Below are positions 1 to 17,352 of a stretch of DNA of 64,000 bases, piece by piece; position 1 is the stretch's first letter, and the number at the start of each line of letters is the position of its first letter. The notes under the pieces were generated by a model that saw only the letters and a list, made by a program, of their open reading frames with translations, ran no database searches and had not been told where the DNA came from. The stretch comes from Eledone cirrhosa (taxonomy: Eukaryota), in assembly GCA_964016885.1 (NCBI GenBank), contig OZ024741.1, positions 156,426,001 to 156,490,000 of the forward strand, in the 5' to 3' direction. The translations under genes were made by a program, and so were the position numbers.

Positions 1-1024
1 AGGGAGACACTCGAGATACTCAGTGGTGGAATAAATTTAATCAATCATTGGATAGATTTCTTTGGTACATGTAGACACCTAAGGACAGGGATTTTCCTCA
101 AGCTGTATGGATAGCAACCCACCACACTAAGTCCTAGAGACATTAACTCCGCCTACTGTATCTACCTCTCTCTCTTCTCCTGTCCTCTCTTCTCGCCTTG
201 ACTAACATTTAAAACACCTAGAGCCGCAATTACTTAGCGATTAGGCCTGTGCCTCCCATCACTGTTATTTACCCTTCCTTCTCACTTCCTTAGTTCGAAC
301 CCGAGTTATCGGCTACTAGCTAATTAGCGAGATAATATACGTTGGCAGGGTCCTACACTGGGGTTCTCCATGCATCCTACATTTCCGACCAACGGGCTTC
401 CCGGGAAGTGATCTGGTTCTCCGAAGGACAAGCTACCTCAAACCTAACCCCTTTCGCACACAAAAGTTAGTACTAACAGTGATATGTAAATACGAAGTAC
501 CTATTATGCCCCTCCTCCCCAAAGGGTACATGTGTGTCTGTGCGTGTGTGTAAATGTACACGTATGTGTGTGTGTATATTTTAGTGAGTGCATGTATAGA
601 TGTGTACACAGATATGATTAGGTATAGATATATCTGAATGTATAGATGTAAGTGTGAGCGTGCAAGCATGTATATGTGTGTGTACGTGTGGGAATATGTA
701 GAAATCTGTTTGTGGATATGTACTAAATGTTTAAAATATCGATTATAATGCTTAACAGTTATTAACTTTTAACACTTATAAATCTTTACACGTATAGGTT
801 TTAACACCAACAGTTATAATTCTAACATCTCCTACTATCAGGATATGGATAAGCACTCAAGCTCTCAGAAGAACACATATCGGTTGCACGCATGATTTCT
901 TCACTAGCAACAACAATATTACCGCAAAAGAGAGATAGTGGCTGACCTGCGTACACCACTGCCACTATAGCAAAATAGGTCAACTAGACCAAAACACCTT
1001 TACATGCAGTTATTATAGCTGCAG

Positions 1025-1200
1025 GGCAGTATCGGTAGAGGGTCGGACGCCATGCTTTGCAGCAAAGAGTTACGACCCTTTATGGTCTGATTTCAAATCC
1101 CGCGGTTAACTTTGCCTTTCATCCTTATGGGTTCGATAAAATAAAGCACCAGTAATACACTGAGATAATTGCTGGCCTTGTGCCAAACGTAGAAACAATT
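1025..1200 (+). mobile_element. SINE-like interspersed repeat (family S1)
   Basis: ~175 bp that recurs at 58573-58750 (+) and 59215-59393 (-); B-box-like (G)TTCAAATCC followed by AACTTTGCCTTTCATCCTTATGGG core; ends GCCAAACGTAGAAACAATT. Confidence 0.75.
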
Positions 1201-1423
1201 ATAGCTGATTGTTAAAATCAACCCTAGCAGGCCGACCTGCTTCAAGGACAACTGACCTGTTAGGATAGCATCTGGCCAATGAGAGGAAAATATACCCTTC
1301 AGATGCTCAAGTTCGTTCATTTTAGTTCATATACCACCAGTTCTTTGAATTAACACACCACATATCAATGTTTATATTTTGTTTTTGTGTATGCAAAAAT
1401 ATCTGTACACGAATATATAATTA

Positions 1424-2193
1424 TCTATATATATAAAACAGAAGATGTCTGTGTGTCTGTTTCCCTAAAACTCGAGAAGTACCCAACCGGTTTTTTTCAA
1501 ACTTTATACATGTACTTGTATGACCCCGGAAGTGTTTTGAGCAAAAACATTTCAAATTGTCAATGCCCTAGGGACCGCATTAGGCGATTAAGCGATCTCT
1601 TTCTCTTTCTCTTAGTCTTTCTCTTTTTAGATAGATACATAGATATGACGTCGCGCCTTCATAATATCTGTCTGTATGCCTGCTGTCTGCATTACGTCAT
1701 TATGACGCGATCAGTGTGTGTGTGTATATATATTCTTATGACAGGGAACCAAAGTATCGTCTTCCTGTTTTCCAGATTGATTCTTTTAGTTTAAGAATAT
1801 CCCGTTAAGGTTGAAAGCAGCAATTCTTTGCTTAAACATTAATATGTTATTTTAATATAGATATTCGTGTACAGATATTTTTGCATACACAAAAACAAAA
1901 TATAAACAAACAAGGCCAAAGATTACATCAATTAGTCTTAGTGTATGTACATCATACTGCTTTTAGGTAGAATATCCCGTTAAGGGTGAAAGCAGTGATT
2001 CTTTGCTTAAACTTTAGTCTGTTATTTTAATATATATATATATAATTATATATTTATCGACAGATATTTTTGCATACACAATAACAAAATATAAACAAAC
2101 GTATTTATTTCACGAGGTTCGATAAGGATAAATATATATCAAATATATAAGAACCTATAGCAAATCCCGAGCAACGCCGGGCCATTCTGCTAG
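1424..2193 (+). mobile_element. Non-autonomous Helitron
   Basis: 5' A|TCTATATATATAAAAC at 1423|1424; 3' subterminal hairpin CCCGAGCAACGCCGGG (2166-2181) then CTAG|T (2190-2194); inserted between A and T with no TSD. Confidence 0.75.
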
Positions 2194-2563
2194 TATATAT
2201 ATTAAAATAACAGATTAAAGTTTAAGCAAAGAATCGCTGCTTTCACCATTAACGGGATCTTCTGAAACTAAAAAAATCAATCTGTGAAAGCAGAAGTAAA
2301 TATTTCGAAAAACCTTGCAACCAAAAGAAAACAGGAAGATGATACTTTGGTTCGTGAAAACTTTAGGAATGTCGCATAACCGGAAGTGTTGATATTTGAA
2401 AATTTTAAAGAAGTGAATATTTAAACAATGTCTTTAATCTTTTAACAAAATTCAGTACACAAAAATACCCTCACTTTCTTACTTGGAAAAAGTACATCTA
2501 TGGTGCAAATTTGGTGCCGCTTGGCGAAAAGTTTGTTACTTATATACGGCCGTCAGCTTTATA

Positions 2564-2570
<7 letters not shown>
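2194..2570 (-). mobile_element. Probable older Helitron-related repeat hosting the 1424-2193 element (left part 1368-1423)
   Basis: Joined flanks are the reverse complement of segments inside the Helitron (1746-1907, 1970-2100); the minus strand starts from (TA)n with CACTATAAAGCTGACGG, resembling Helitron 5' ends. Confidence 0.4.
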
Positions 2571-2620
<50 letters not shown>

Positions 2621-2665
2621 ATTGATATTAAATAAATGGAAACTATATTTATAAAACCATATTTA

Positions 2666-2722
2666 TTCTATTATATATATTTCAAGAGTACCAAAAATGT
2701 TGGTACGCTATCATCAGATGAA
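2666..2722 (-). ncRNA. Type-I hammerhead ribozyme motif, family A
   Basis: Minus strand: TTCAT-CTGATGA-stem II (GTACCAA/TTGGTAC)-GAAA-TATATA-TA|ATAGAA; same downstream tail as 12773-12810, 28405-28450 and 30150-30195. Confidence 0.65.
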
Positions 2723-3194
2723 ATACAAAATGTTTTATAAATATTTGACATGACCAAAGATGATATGCCTTAACGGTTCAAGTTATCCCTTGAAAGTGAA
2801 GGGAAGAGAGGAGAAAAGTCAGATATTTCAAATTATCAATATGAATATGCAAATGATGTGTATATACAAGGGCTGAAAAAACGTTATTTTAGACGCTATG
2901 GAAAATTTAAACATTTATGATAAGAAGAGAAAAAGAAAATAATAACGTTAATTTTGGGGAAAAGATTTTTGTTACCTATATTATGAGTTATAAAATTATA
3001 TGAAGAAGTATGGTTGTAGGTATTTTTATCTTATTACATTAGGATAGGTTATATGTATATAAATATCTGTGTATATCTTAATAAGTTGCGTATGCATTGG
3101 TTATTTATATAAACAACTATGAGTTACGAAGGATGTTGAACATTTTATTTTCAAGTTGTGAGATTAGAACAATTTGTGGATTCAAACATTTTCA

Positions 3195-3499
<305 letters not shown>

Positions 3500-3500
<1 letters not shown>

Positions 3501-4250
3501 TGTAACTATATTTATCCCATTACAGAAACTAATTAGTTGGAGTGAAAATCTTAGTAAGTTAATTTTTAATTTTTAAAATTTTCTTATTTTACGTCTTTCA
3601 TATAATTGTTCTGCATCCCCCTGCATTGAACAACCTAGGTACTTTGACATAACTTATATATTTACTAGCATTAGTGTACATCTGCACGCATATGTTGGTA
3701 GATCTATTAATTCTCTATATTTATCTCCAAATTATTTGTTGAGAAAACTTGCCAAATCTACTGCTAATTCATCGTAGTAATAGTAGGCTCTTTTCATAAT
3801 ACCACCCCACTCCTACTGACTAACCTCAGTGTCACGTGATTGATTCTTTAGAATACACCACTGACCAGAGGCAGTGAACTTTTTCAGTGCTATGGAATTT
3901 AGTCCACGCTAGCTTATTACATCCACTGAATTATTATTTTTATATGGGTTCCTAGTGTCCGCGCATTGCCTGGGAACTTAGCTGAGAATAGACTCCCGAT
4001 GACATAATGAATTCTCGATGGTTACATTGTGTAACTAGATTTATCCCATTACAGAAACTAATTAGTTGGAGTGAACATTTTAGTAAGTTAATTTTTAATT
4101 TTTAAAATTTTCTTATTTTACGTCTTTCATATAATTATTCTGCATCCCCCTGCATTGAACCACCTAGGTACTTTGAGATAACTTATATATTTACTAGCAT
4201 TAGTGTACATCTGTACGCATATGTTGGTAGATGTATTAATTCTCTACATA
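3500..4250 (+). repeat. Diverged ~530-bp tandem repeat (1.4 units), family B, with decayed HHR at 3992-4072
   Basis: TTTATCCCATTACAGAAACTAATTAGTTGGAGTG at 3511 and 4041; homologous to the 557-bp unit at 32089-34210; core reads CCGATGA and stem II pairing is lost. Confidence 0.85.
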
Positions 4251-4575
4251 CACACACACACACACACGCACACCTACACACACACACCACCTTCAGGCCT
4301 CCCCACTCGGACACCCCGTCTCCCTCTCCCCACTCCAACCGCCACCACCCCTACACACCCCACACCCTTCCACCACCTGTTTAACCCCCTTTTAATTTCA
4401 GTTTATTTTGATCATGCCTTTATTTTTAAATTTATCTCATTCCTTGTATTTTGATCATGCTTTATTTTCATTTTTATCTTTATTTTTTATTTTTAATTCG
4501 CACCGTTTCCTTTCGCTATATGTCTTTCCACCACTCCCCTACACACCCTTTGAACTCTGTTCCCACACACTTCTC

Positions 4576-4607
4576 ACCCGAGGAAGGGCTTATGCCCGAA
4601 ACGTCGT
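4576..4607 (+). ncRNA. Minimal HHR-like motif in a probable PLE pseudo-LTR remnant (about 4270-4697)
   Basis: AC-CCGAGGA-A-GGGC TTAT GCCC-GAAAC-GTC|GT; U4C core change and 2-bp stem I; followed by AATAAA (4644) and (TA)n. Confidence 0.55.
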
Positions 4608-4695
4608 CCCCTACCAACACCCCACTCTCCAGAACGTGAAATTAATAAACATTCGTTGTACTGCCTCTCTGTTTTGTCCCTGTTCAAATTTTTCC

Positions 4696-8327
<3,632 letters not shown>

Positions 8328-8386
8328 GATGGCTGCCCCCTCGTTATCGAGTATGGCCATTGCACAATTAAAAAAAAAAAAAAAAA

Positions 8387-8478
<92 letters not shown>

Positions 8479-8577
8479 TAACAATGATAATAATAATAGC
8501 AATAATAATAATAACGACAACAACAATAATAATATACATATTCATATATATATACACACACACGCACGCACATAAGC

Positions 8578-8615
<38 letters not shown>

Positions 8616-9948
8616 GATAGCAACTAACAGTGCTGCGATCGAATGTGGCTTTTTAGCCCAGCCAATGATCCAAAATGTCTTGCACAGAGTCGGCAACCAA
8701 AACATTTACTGGGAATAGTCGGCTGTGGTTGGAGTTCGTGTACTTTTGCATGTCGCTTGAGTCCTCCTGCTGATTTACATTCTCTACCACATGTTTGGCA
8801 AGCATGATGAGTAGCATCTCCAACAGCAGCCTGGTAGTCAACCACTGGTCTTACTTTATGACTGCGAAGATGACTTTCGAGTCCAGCTTTGCTTAGGCAG
8901 AGTCTCGCACAGACGCTGCATGTCAGAAACATAGGAGGACCCTCGCCGTCTGGAAGTGCAACAGCAATACCCTTCCTCACGTCCCGCTTTACTTTCTCGT
9001 GTGCGATTCGAGATGCCTCAAAGGCAACTTTTCCCTCATATACAGTCTTTCTCCATTTATTACGATCAGCAGCAATATTTTCCCATGTATCAGCAGAGAT
9101 GTTAGCGTCTTTCAGAGAGGCCTTCAAGGAATCCTTATACCTCTTTTTTGGTTTATGTGGCGGTCGTTTTCCTTTAACCAACTCTCCATAGAAGAGTTGT
9201 TTTGGTATTCTAGAATCCTTCATCCTGGCAAGGTGACCACTCCAACGGAGTCGCTGCTTAAGCACAAGAGCTTCTATACTGTCACACATAGAGCTTTCCA
9301 AAATCTCGACATCACTGATGTGGTCCCTCCAGCGAACGCCATGTATCCGTCTGAGACACATCTGATGGAAACGCTCCAATTGCTTAAGGTGGCGTCGATA
9401 TGTGACCCAGGTCTCGCAGGCATAAAGAAGACAAGAGAGTACACATGCCCTGTACACCTTTACCTTTGTCCTCCTGCATATGTCTCGCCGACCCCAGAGT
9501 CGCCTTTCTAGCTTTCCGAAAGCATCACTTGCTTTCCTAATCCTAAGTGAGATTTCACTGTCAAGGTTGCCGTATCGATTGACAGTGCTTCCCAGGTAGA
9601 CAAACTGATCAACCACTCCAAGTCGTTTGCCATACACATAGATGTTTGGTTCAGTGTACTGCCTACCAGGTGCAGGTTGGTACATGACGACGGTTTTCTT
9701 GAGACTGACAGTCAAACCCAGGGCAGTGCAAGCGTCAGAAAATACATTCAAAATGTGCTGCATATCACTCTCTGTGTGCGCTACAAGATCGCAATCATCT
9801 GCATACAAGAGGTCTCTTATGACTGATGTAAATACTTTTGTCTTCGCAGCAAAGCGCCTGATGTTAAATATGCTGCCTGAGGTTCGATATCGGATGTAAA
9901 CACCATGCTCGCAATTCCTGAATGCAATACAGAAAACCATTGCAAACA
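8328..9948 (-). mobile_element. 5'-truncated RTE-clade LINE inserted in (TA)n
   Basis: RT motifs [53 protein letters not shown]; 3' UTR with (GT)n, (TTA)n and a terminal CTCGATAACGAG hairpin; (TA)n on both sides. Confidence 0.92.
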
Positions 9949-9949
9949 T
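8624..9949 (-). pseudogene. Uninterrupted C-terminal ~440 aa of RTE ORF (RT C-half plus three C2H2 zinc fingers)
   Basis: Non-repetitive part of ORF 8624..10555; the N-terminal ~200 aa of the listed ORF is microsatellite artefact. Confidence 0.9.
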
Positions 9950-9954
9950 ATATG

Positions 9955-10004
<50 letters not shown>

Positions 10005-10060
10005 TGTATGTATATATATATATATATATACATATATGTATGTATATATATATATATACA

Positions 10061-10092
<32 letters not shown>

Positions 10093-10158
10093 CATACATA
10101 TATGTATATATATATATATACATACATATATGTATATATATATATATATATACATACA

Positions 10159-10214
<56 letters not shown>

Positions 10215-10270
10215 CATATATGTATATATATATATATATATATATACATACATATATATATATACATACA

Positions 10271-10302
<32 letters not shown>

Positions 10303-10351
10303 CATACATATATACATACATATATATATATATATATACATACATATATAC

Positions 10352-10382
<31 letters not shown>

Positions 10383-10397
10383 CATATATATATATAC

Positions 10398-10444
<47 letters not shown>

Positions 10445-10549
10445 CATACATATATATATACATACATACATATATATATACATACATATATATATACATA
10501 CATACATATATATATACATACATATATATATACATACATACATATATAT

Positions 10550-10592
<43 letters not shown>

Positions 10593-11026
10593 ATACATAC
10601 ATATATATATATATATTTATATATACATACATATATATATATTTATATATATGTATGTATATATATGTACGTATGTATGTATATATATGTACGTATGTAT
10701 GTATGTATGTATACGTACATACATATATGTATACAGATGTACAGTAGTATGTATATATATACATACATGCTCAAATATATATATATGCACGTATCGATTT
10801 ACCGAGCATTTATTATAATGCTCTGTTTGTTTGTTTGTAAACAAACAGAGCATTATAATAAATGTTCGGTAAATCGATACGTGCATATATATATATGTGA
10901 GCATGTATGTATATATATACATACTACTGTACGTCTGTATACATATATGTATGTACGTATATATACATACATATGCCCGAATTAGGCCGTACCACGTCAC
11001 CTTTTTGTTCAACACTGACACAGGAA

Positions 11027-11067
11027 CGATGTACTAGTTTCAAGCTTATTAGCTATCGTCAGCATCG
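11027..11067 (-). ncRNA. Minimal type-I HHR
   Basis: CGATG-CTGACGA-T-AGCT AATA AGCT-T-GAAAC-TA-GTA|CATCG; perfect 5-bp stem I and palindromic stem III ACTAGT. Confidence 0.8.
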
Positions 11068-11307
11068 TATACCTTCCTGCCAGATGGTTGAACGTCTGAA
11101 AGTATATACTTTCCTTATGCATATTTACGGCTGAGCAGCCTATTTGCATAACGAGTGAGTTCAGTCTTTTCATTCTATTCCATTTATCGTTTTCGGTGCG
11201 CCCGGCCGACTGAACTCACTCGATATGCAAATTAGGCTGCTCAGCCGTTAATATGCATAAGGAAAATATATACTTTCAGACGTTCAACCATCTGGCAGGA
11301 AGGTATA

Positions 11308-11348
11308 CGAAGCTGACGATAGCTAATAAGCTTGAAACTAGTACATCG
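11308..11348 (+). ncRNA. Minimal type-I HHR (mirror copy)
   Basis: Same motif with one stem I mismatch (CGAAG/CATCG). Confidence 0.75.
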
Positions 11349-11666
11349 TTCCTGTGTCAGTGTTGAACAAAAAGGTGACGTGGTTGCCTAAACACTGTAC
11401 GGTGTAATTCGGGCTGTTTGTTTGTTTACAAACAAACAAACCGGGCATTATAATAAACGTTCGGTAAACCTATACGTGCATATATATGTGTGTGCATGTA
11501 TATATATATACATACTACTGTACGTCTGTATACATATATGTATGTACGTATACATACATACATACTTACATTTAAGTAACTGCCGTACTAAGAGTGAGAA
11601 ATGAAATTTCGTTTCATTCTATTCCATTTATGTATATATATATATATATGTAGGTATATATATATG

Positions 11667-11711
<45 letters not shown>

Positions 11712-11934
11712 GTATGTATATATATATATATGTATATGTATGTATATATGTATATATATATGTATATATATATATATGTATGTATATATATGTTTGTATA
11801 TATATATATATATATGTATAAATATATATATATGTATGTATATATATGTTTGTATATATATATATGTATAAATATATATATATATATATGATAAAGAACA
11901 CAAGAGCGTCTACAACATCAAAAGATTTTTATTG

Positions 11935-11980
11935 GCTTACAATGTTTCTTCCTTACGTAACCGTAGGATTCGTCAGAGCT
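11935..11980 (-). ncRNA. Minimal type-I HHR
   Basis: GCT-CTGACGA-A-TCCTACG GTTA CGTAAGGA-A-GAAAC-ATT-GTA|AGC, immediately followed by AATAAA. Confidence 0.7.
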
Positions 11981-12376
11981 ATAAAAGTGGTTTGATTGGT
12001 GTTATGGACTCTACCAACCAAACATTCAAGAACAAAGAGTGAAGAGAGTAAAGAGCAAAAGTAGGGGACGATAAGTCTAATTTTGGTGCGGGGTGGGTGG
12101 GGTGTGGGTCCTTGTTTACTAGCTGCGGTCATATTCATATATATGTATTTGAGATTGAATAGTAATAATATTATAATAATATCATAATATTAATAATATT
12201 ACCACTACTTTTAGGTATCCACAATATTAAGAGCGAAAACAAGAAAAGAATTGTCTTCTTTTTCATTTTCGGCAAAGCCGGCCGTAAAATCGGTGGGTAT
12301 AGAAATGAGGTTAATCAGTCGATGAGAATACTATGTATACTCAGCAGTTCCAGTAGGTAGCAGCGAGCAGATTACA

Positions 12377-12420
12377 CAATCTTGATAAGGAGCAAAAGAC
12401 TCTGAAACAATTGTCGATTG
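12377..12420 (+). ncRNA. Type-I HHR with U3-A8 core variant
   Basis: CAATC-TTGATAA-GGAG CAAAAGA CTCT-GAAAC-AATT-GTC|GATTG; all three stems pair. Confidence 0.7.
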
Positions 12421-12603
12421 TTTTCTCTCAGCTACAGCTGCTACAAAAGGACGACGTTGTCATCTAACACGTGGTGTTTATGAAGCGGTTTACTTGCAAA
12501 CAAGCCGAATATTAATAATATTATGATATCATTAGAATATTATTAATATTCACACACGACTACATTTTACACCATGTATCCTTCATGTTAAGCGAAAACA
12601 AAT

Positions 12604-12658
<55 letters not shown>

Positions 12659-12712
12659 AGGAAGCTCTTTTTTCCGGGTATGTCAATATTTATTTATAAA
12701 ACAAATCTGTAT

Positions 12713-12772
12713 TTTATCTGATGAAAGCGCACCATAATTTGCCTTGGTTGCCTTTCAAATATATATAATAAA
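12713..12772 (+). ncRNA. Family A HHR, probably inactive (GAAA to CAAA)
   Basis: TTTAT-CTGATGA-...-CAAA-TATATA-TA|ATAAA followed by the family A tail. Confidence 0.55.
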
Positions 12773-13104
12773 ATAAATATGGTTTTATAAATATAGTTTC
12801 CATTCATTAATATATTGTATATATATATATGTATATATATATGTATAAAGTGAGAGAGGGAGGGGGGATTACTGTAAGGCAAATTGCTTTAAAAGTGAAC
12901 ATTACATTTTTAACTCGTACCAATGCAATTTGATTTCTCCCTTGAATCTAATACCCCTTCTTACGTAATTTCTCGTGACTAATATGTCACCAACCTCAGT
13001 GGACAGGTAAACAGATACATAACATGTTTATTATATTAATATATAGATAATGAAAAAATAGCTGGAATTGCAACGTGATGTATTTATCTCTAAGATTTTC
13101 GTGT

Positions 13105-13138
<34 letters not shown>

Positions 13139-13593
13139 CTAAGTAGTAGTAGTAATAACAACAACAGCAGTCGATATGGAACAGCGATTTATTTTTTAAT
13201 ACGCATTTTGAAAACCTTATTTAATTGAACGCAATATATTTTTACATTTTCTCTTAATTTCCTTATCTGTGTTTGTAACCATATTGATTTAATTATACAC
13301 TTCTGTTCACAATTAAAAAATAAAACTACTGGAAATATTTTTAAATTCCATTACAAAGTTATTTTCTAACAGACCATCCCAATTATATCTCTGAATCACT
13401 ATCCACCATTCCCTCTATATCTTTATCTATCAATCCATCTATGTATTAAACTATTTTTGTAATGTAAAATGTTTTCTGTTTACTTTCTTTCTAAGGTATA
13501 AGGAATATATTTAATTTTCAAACTAATTGTATTGTAACTAACTGAATTTGGGAACTTAATCATAATTTCAATCAGTTTTAAAATATTCTTCTT

Positions 13594-13594
<1 letters not shown>

Positions 13595-13641
<47 letters not shown>

Positions 13642-13715
13642 GTACAACTACTACTGCTGTTGCTACTACTACCGCTACTGCTGTTACTACTACTACTGCT
13701 GTTACTATTACTATT
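13595..13715. repeat. (CTA)n microsatellite (shorter copy at 13106-13136)
   Basis: Direct reading. Confidence 0.9.
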
Positions 13716-13869
13716 TAATTTAGATACATATACTTCTGATTTTTGGGGGCTTCATCTTTAATTGTTCCTTCTCCCTTTTCTTCGAGCTTATTTTCATGCT
13801 AGTGGTTGTTCAAATACAGGTGTTAATGGAAAACAATTTCTTCATTAGGTTTCCGTTCTGGGACTAAAT

Positions 13870-14920
13870 TTTTGAGGATCGAACGGTCAAATGATTGTGG
13901 GAAAAGTCTTCAGTTATGCCTTACAGAGGGTCTTGTCAGAAGCAACTGTTTCAAAATGAAGTTTAGTTTGTAAAATCTGTCCAGAGATCCTTTCCTTAGA
14001 CATTCTAACAACATGTCCATAGTAACGAAGATTTGATCATTCGAAGAGGAAAATCAGCGGTTCTATCCGGAGCGACTCTAGCTGGAGTGAATCTCTGATA
14101 TCCGATCTATGCACTCTATCGAGTAACTTTACTGCGAAACCCTTGAAATGGACCCAATTTCGGCCACTTATTCTTTCGGTCATTACTCAATATTCATGAC
14201 TATAGATAAGGGTAGACACCAACAGCGCGTTGAAGAGTTTGGCTTTTACACCTACATCACTTTTTCTGATGACTGAGTGTTCAAGCAAATGCACAATTTT
14301 TGAAGCAATTTTTGTATTTCATTCAGCTACCTTCTTTCAACCACCCTTGAAAATGGCCGCGAGGTACATGAACTTCTCCATCTACTTCAATGTGACTCCA
14401 CTACTGTGCAGGTTTTCTTAAGATGACGAATATTTCAGTCTTCGGAACACTGATTTTCATTCCTACCATGCAACATCGACAGCAACCGTATTCAGTGCAT
14501 GTCAGAGATCACCATCCGATGTCATCTTAAAATATCAGTCGGCTGATTCTAGTTACACCCACTGGCTTTGTTATCTCTTCCAACCTGGCTACGTATATCA
14601 ATCTATTCCTGAAATTTACGAAAAAGAGAGGTGACAAAACGCAACCTTGGTGGAGTCCGACACCTACATTAAACGGTTCGACTGAACAATATTTATACTT
14701 ACAAAATTCTATAGTATCCATAAAAAGGACTTTATCCCAATAAGACGCTGTCCGTCGATTCCATAATCTGTGAGAAACTTTGACAAGTGACTTTTCGAAG
14801 TCTTCGAGTCAAGTATTCACCTCTTGACACTAGTCCTACGATTTCTCGAAGATCTGCCGCGGAGTGAATATTTGGTCGGCCGTGCTAAATACGCGGTAAA
14901 AATAACACTATTCCTCAACA
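13870..14920 (-). mobile_element. Old, degraded RTE-like LINE RT remnant
   Basis: Minus-strand fragments FNVGVGLHQGCVLSPLFF and STADQIFTPRQIFEKS; many stops and frameshifts; boundaries approximate. Confidence 0.7.
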
Positions 14921-15217
14921 GGCTTAGAAATATAAATTTTTAAAATATGTTTCTACATTTCTCTAGTATCTGTTCTGAACCGAAATACCAAGCTAAATTA
15001 AATGGAAAAATGGACTTTGTAAAATATTAAAATTCATTCAATGGTAAAAACCACGCGCAGACTGTCTCGAGCAGACGGATGTCATGTCCAATACAATCAA
15101 TTGAACACTATATAAGAAAGGACAGGAGAAGATTTTCAGTTCAAACCAAGGAAATAACATTTCCAGTAGTTTTTCCATTGCTGATACAATCTGTCGATCG
15201 CAACTCCAAGCAGAAGG

Positions 15218-15315
15218 ACCAACGTGAACATAAAGTATTTTGCTCAAGATTAATGTCGCCCAGTCCTAGAATCGAACCCACGAATGTATGATTGTGAGTT
15301 CATCAACCTAATCCT
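15218..15315 (-). mobile_element. Degenerate tRNA-derived SINE head
   Basis: Similar to 16133-16250; B box GGTTCGATTC on the minus strand. Confidence 0.5.
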
Positions 15316-15722
15316 AAGAACTGAATTTTTGTTTTACATCAGTGATAGTTGTTTATTGAGATATTGATCACTTTAAAGAATTTCTTCATGTAAATAGAAG
15401 CAGTTTTCCTGAGAATATTCGTCTAGCTATTTCTAAAATATTTTTTATTACTTTTCTACATCATTTCCAACCTGAAATACCAAGCTAAAGAAAACACCAG
15501 ACAGAGAAATGTTATTTTCTCAAATATTAAAATCACACTCAAGTATAAAGAACACAGCGTATACGTGTTTCGGCTTTCATAAAATCAACACAGTTGGTTC
15601 TTGACAGCTAATATCGCTATTGCTAGATGAAGTGGAACATTATACACACACACACGTATACACACACACACACACACACACACACAGATATATATATATA
15701 TGTGTGTGTGTATATATATATG

Positions 15723-15755
<33 letters not shown>

Positions 15756-15756
15756 G

Positions 15757-15819
<63 letters not shown>

Positions 15820-15832
15820 GTATATATATATG

Positions 15833-15867
<35 letters not shown>

Positions 15868-15878
15868 GTATATATATG

Positions 15879-15925
<47 letters not shown>

Positions 15926-15932
15926 GTATATA

Positions 15933-16029
<97 letters not shown>

Positions 16030-16132
16030 TAAAGGAACGATCGACTTTCGTCAAATCGGACCGAGGGAACAATGTTTCCGTTGGTCTTTCCAATTGCTAA
16101 TACTATCTATCGGCCGCAACTCCAGATAGAAG

Positions 16133-16248
16133 GAGCAACGTGAAATAAAGTGTCTTGCTCAAGGACATAACGCATCGCCTGGTCCAGGAATCGAACTCAC
16201 AACCTTACGATTGCGAATCCAATTCTCTAACCACGCAGCCACACGCCT

Positions 16249-16250
<2 letters not shown>
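16133..16250 (-). mobile_element. tRNA-derived SINE head
   Basis: A box TGGCTGCGTGG and B box GTTCGATTCC, then GTCCTTGAGCAAGACACTT body; no CCA or acceptor stem. Confidence 0.8.
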
Positions 16251-17115
<865 letters not shown>

Positions 17116-17352
17116 ATCTCTTCTTTCCATGATATCCGGATTACAATGAGTTCTTCATACGGATTGGACACTACCGTAAACTTTTGGTAGATTTATCTAC
17201 ATAATTTGCTCCTATTTTCACGGAAATATTCGTATTTTTGTACTGTATATGTGTGTTAATTTTATATTTATGTATAAACATATATATGTATGATTCTATA
17301 ACCCCATATACATTTAGTTGAGCTCTTTCTATTGTCCATTATCCATATCACA

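Larger units (their letters stand above)
10976..11413. repeat. Fold-back element: ~176-bp inverted arms (10991-11166 / 11208-11384) with divergent HHRs
   Basis: Arms are near-perfect reverse complements with a 41-bp spacer; outer GCCCGAATTA/TAATTCGGGC match extends the arms. Confidence 0.92.

Noticed and set aside
1-430. Higher-GC segment with a B-box-like GTTCGAACCC at about 294
   Set aside because: No A box at proper spacing, no second copy in the window and no ORF; cannot classify
16180-16250. Possible tRNA gene
   Set aside because: A and B boxes are present, but there is no acceptor stem and it continues into a SINE body
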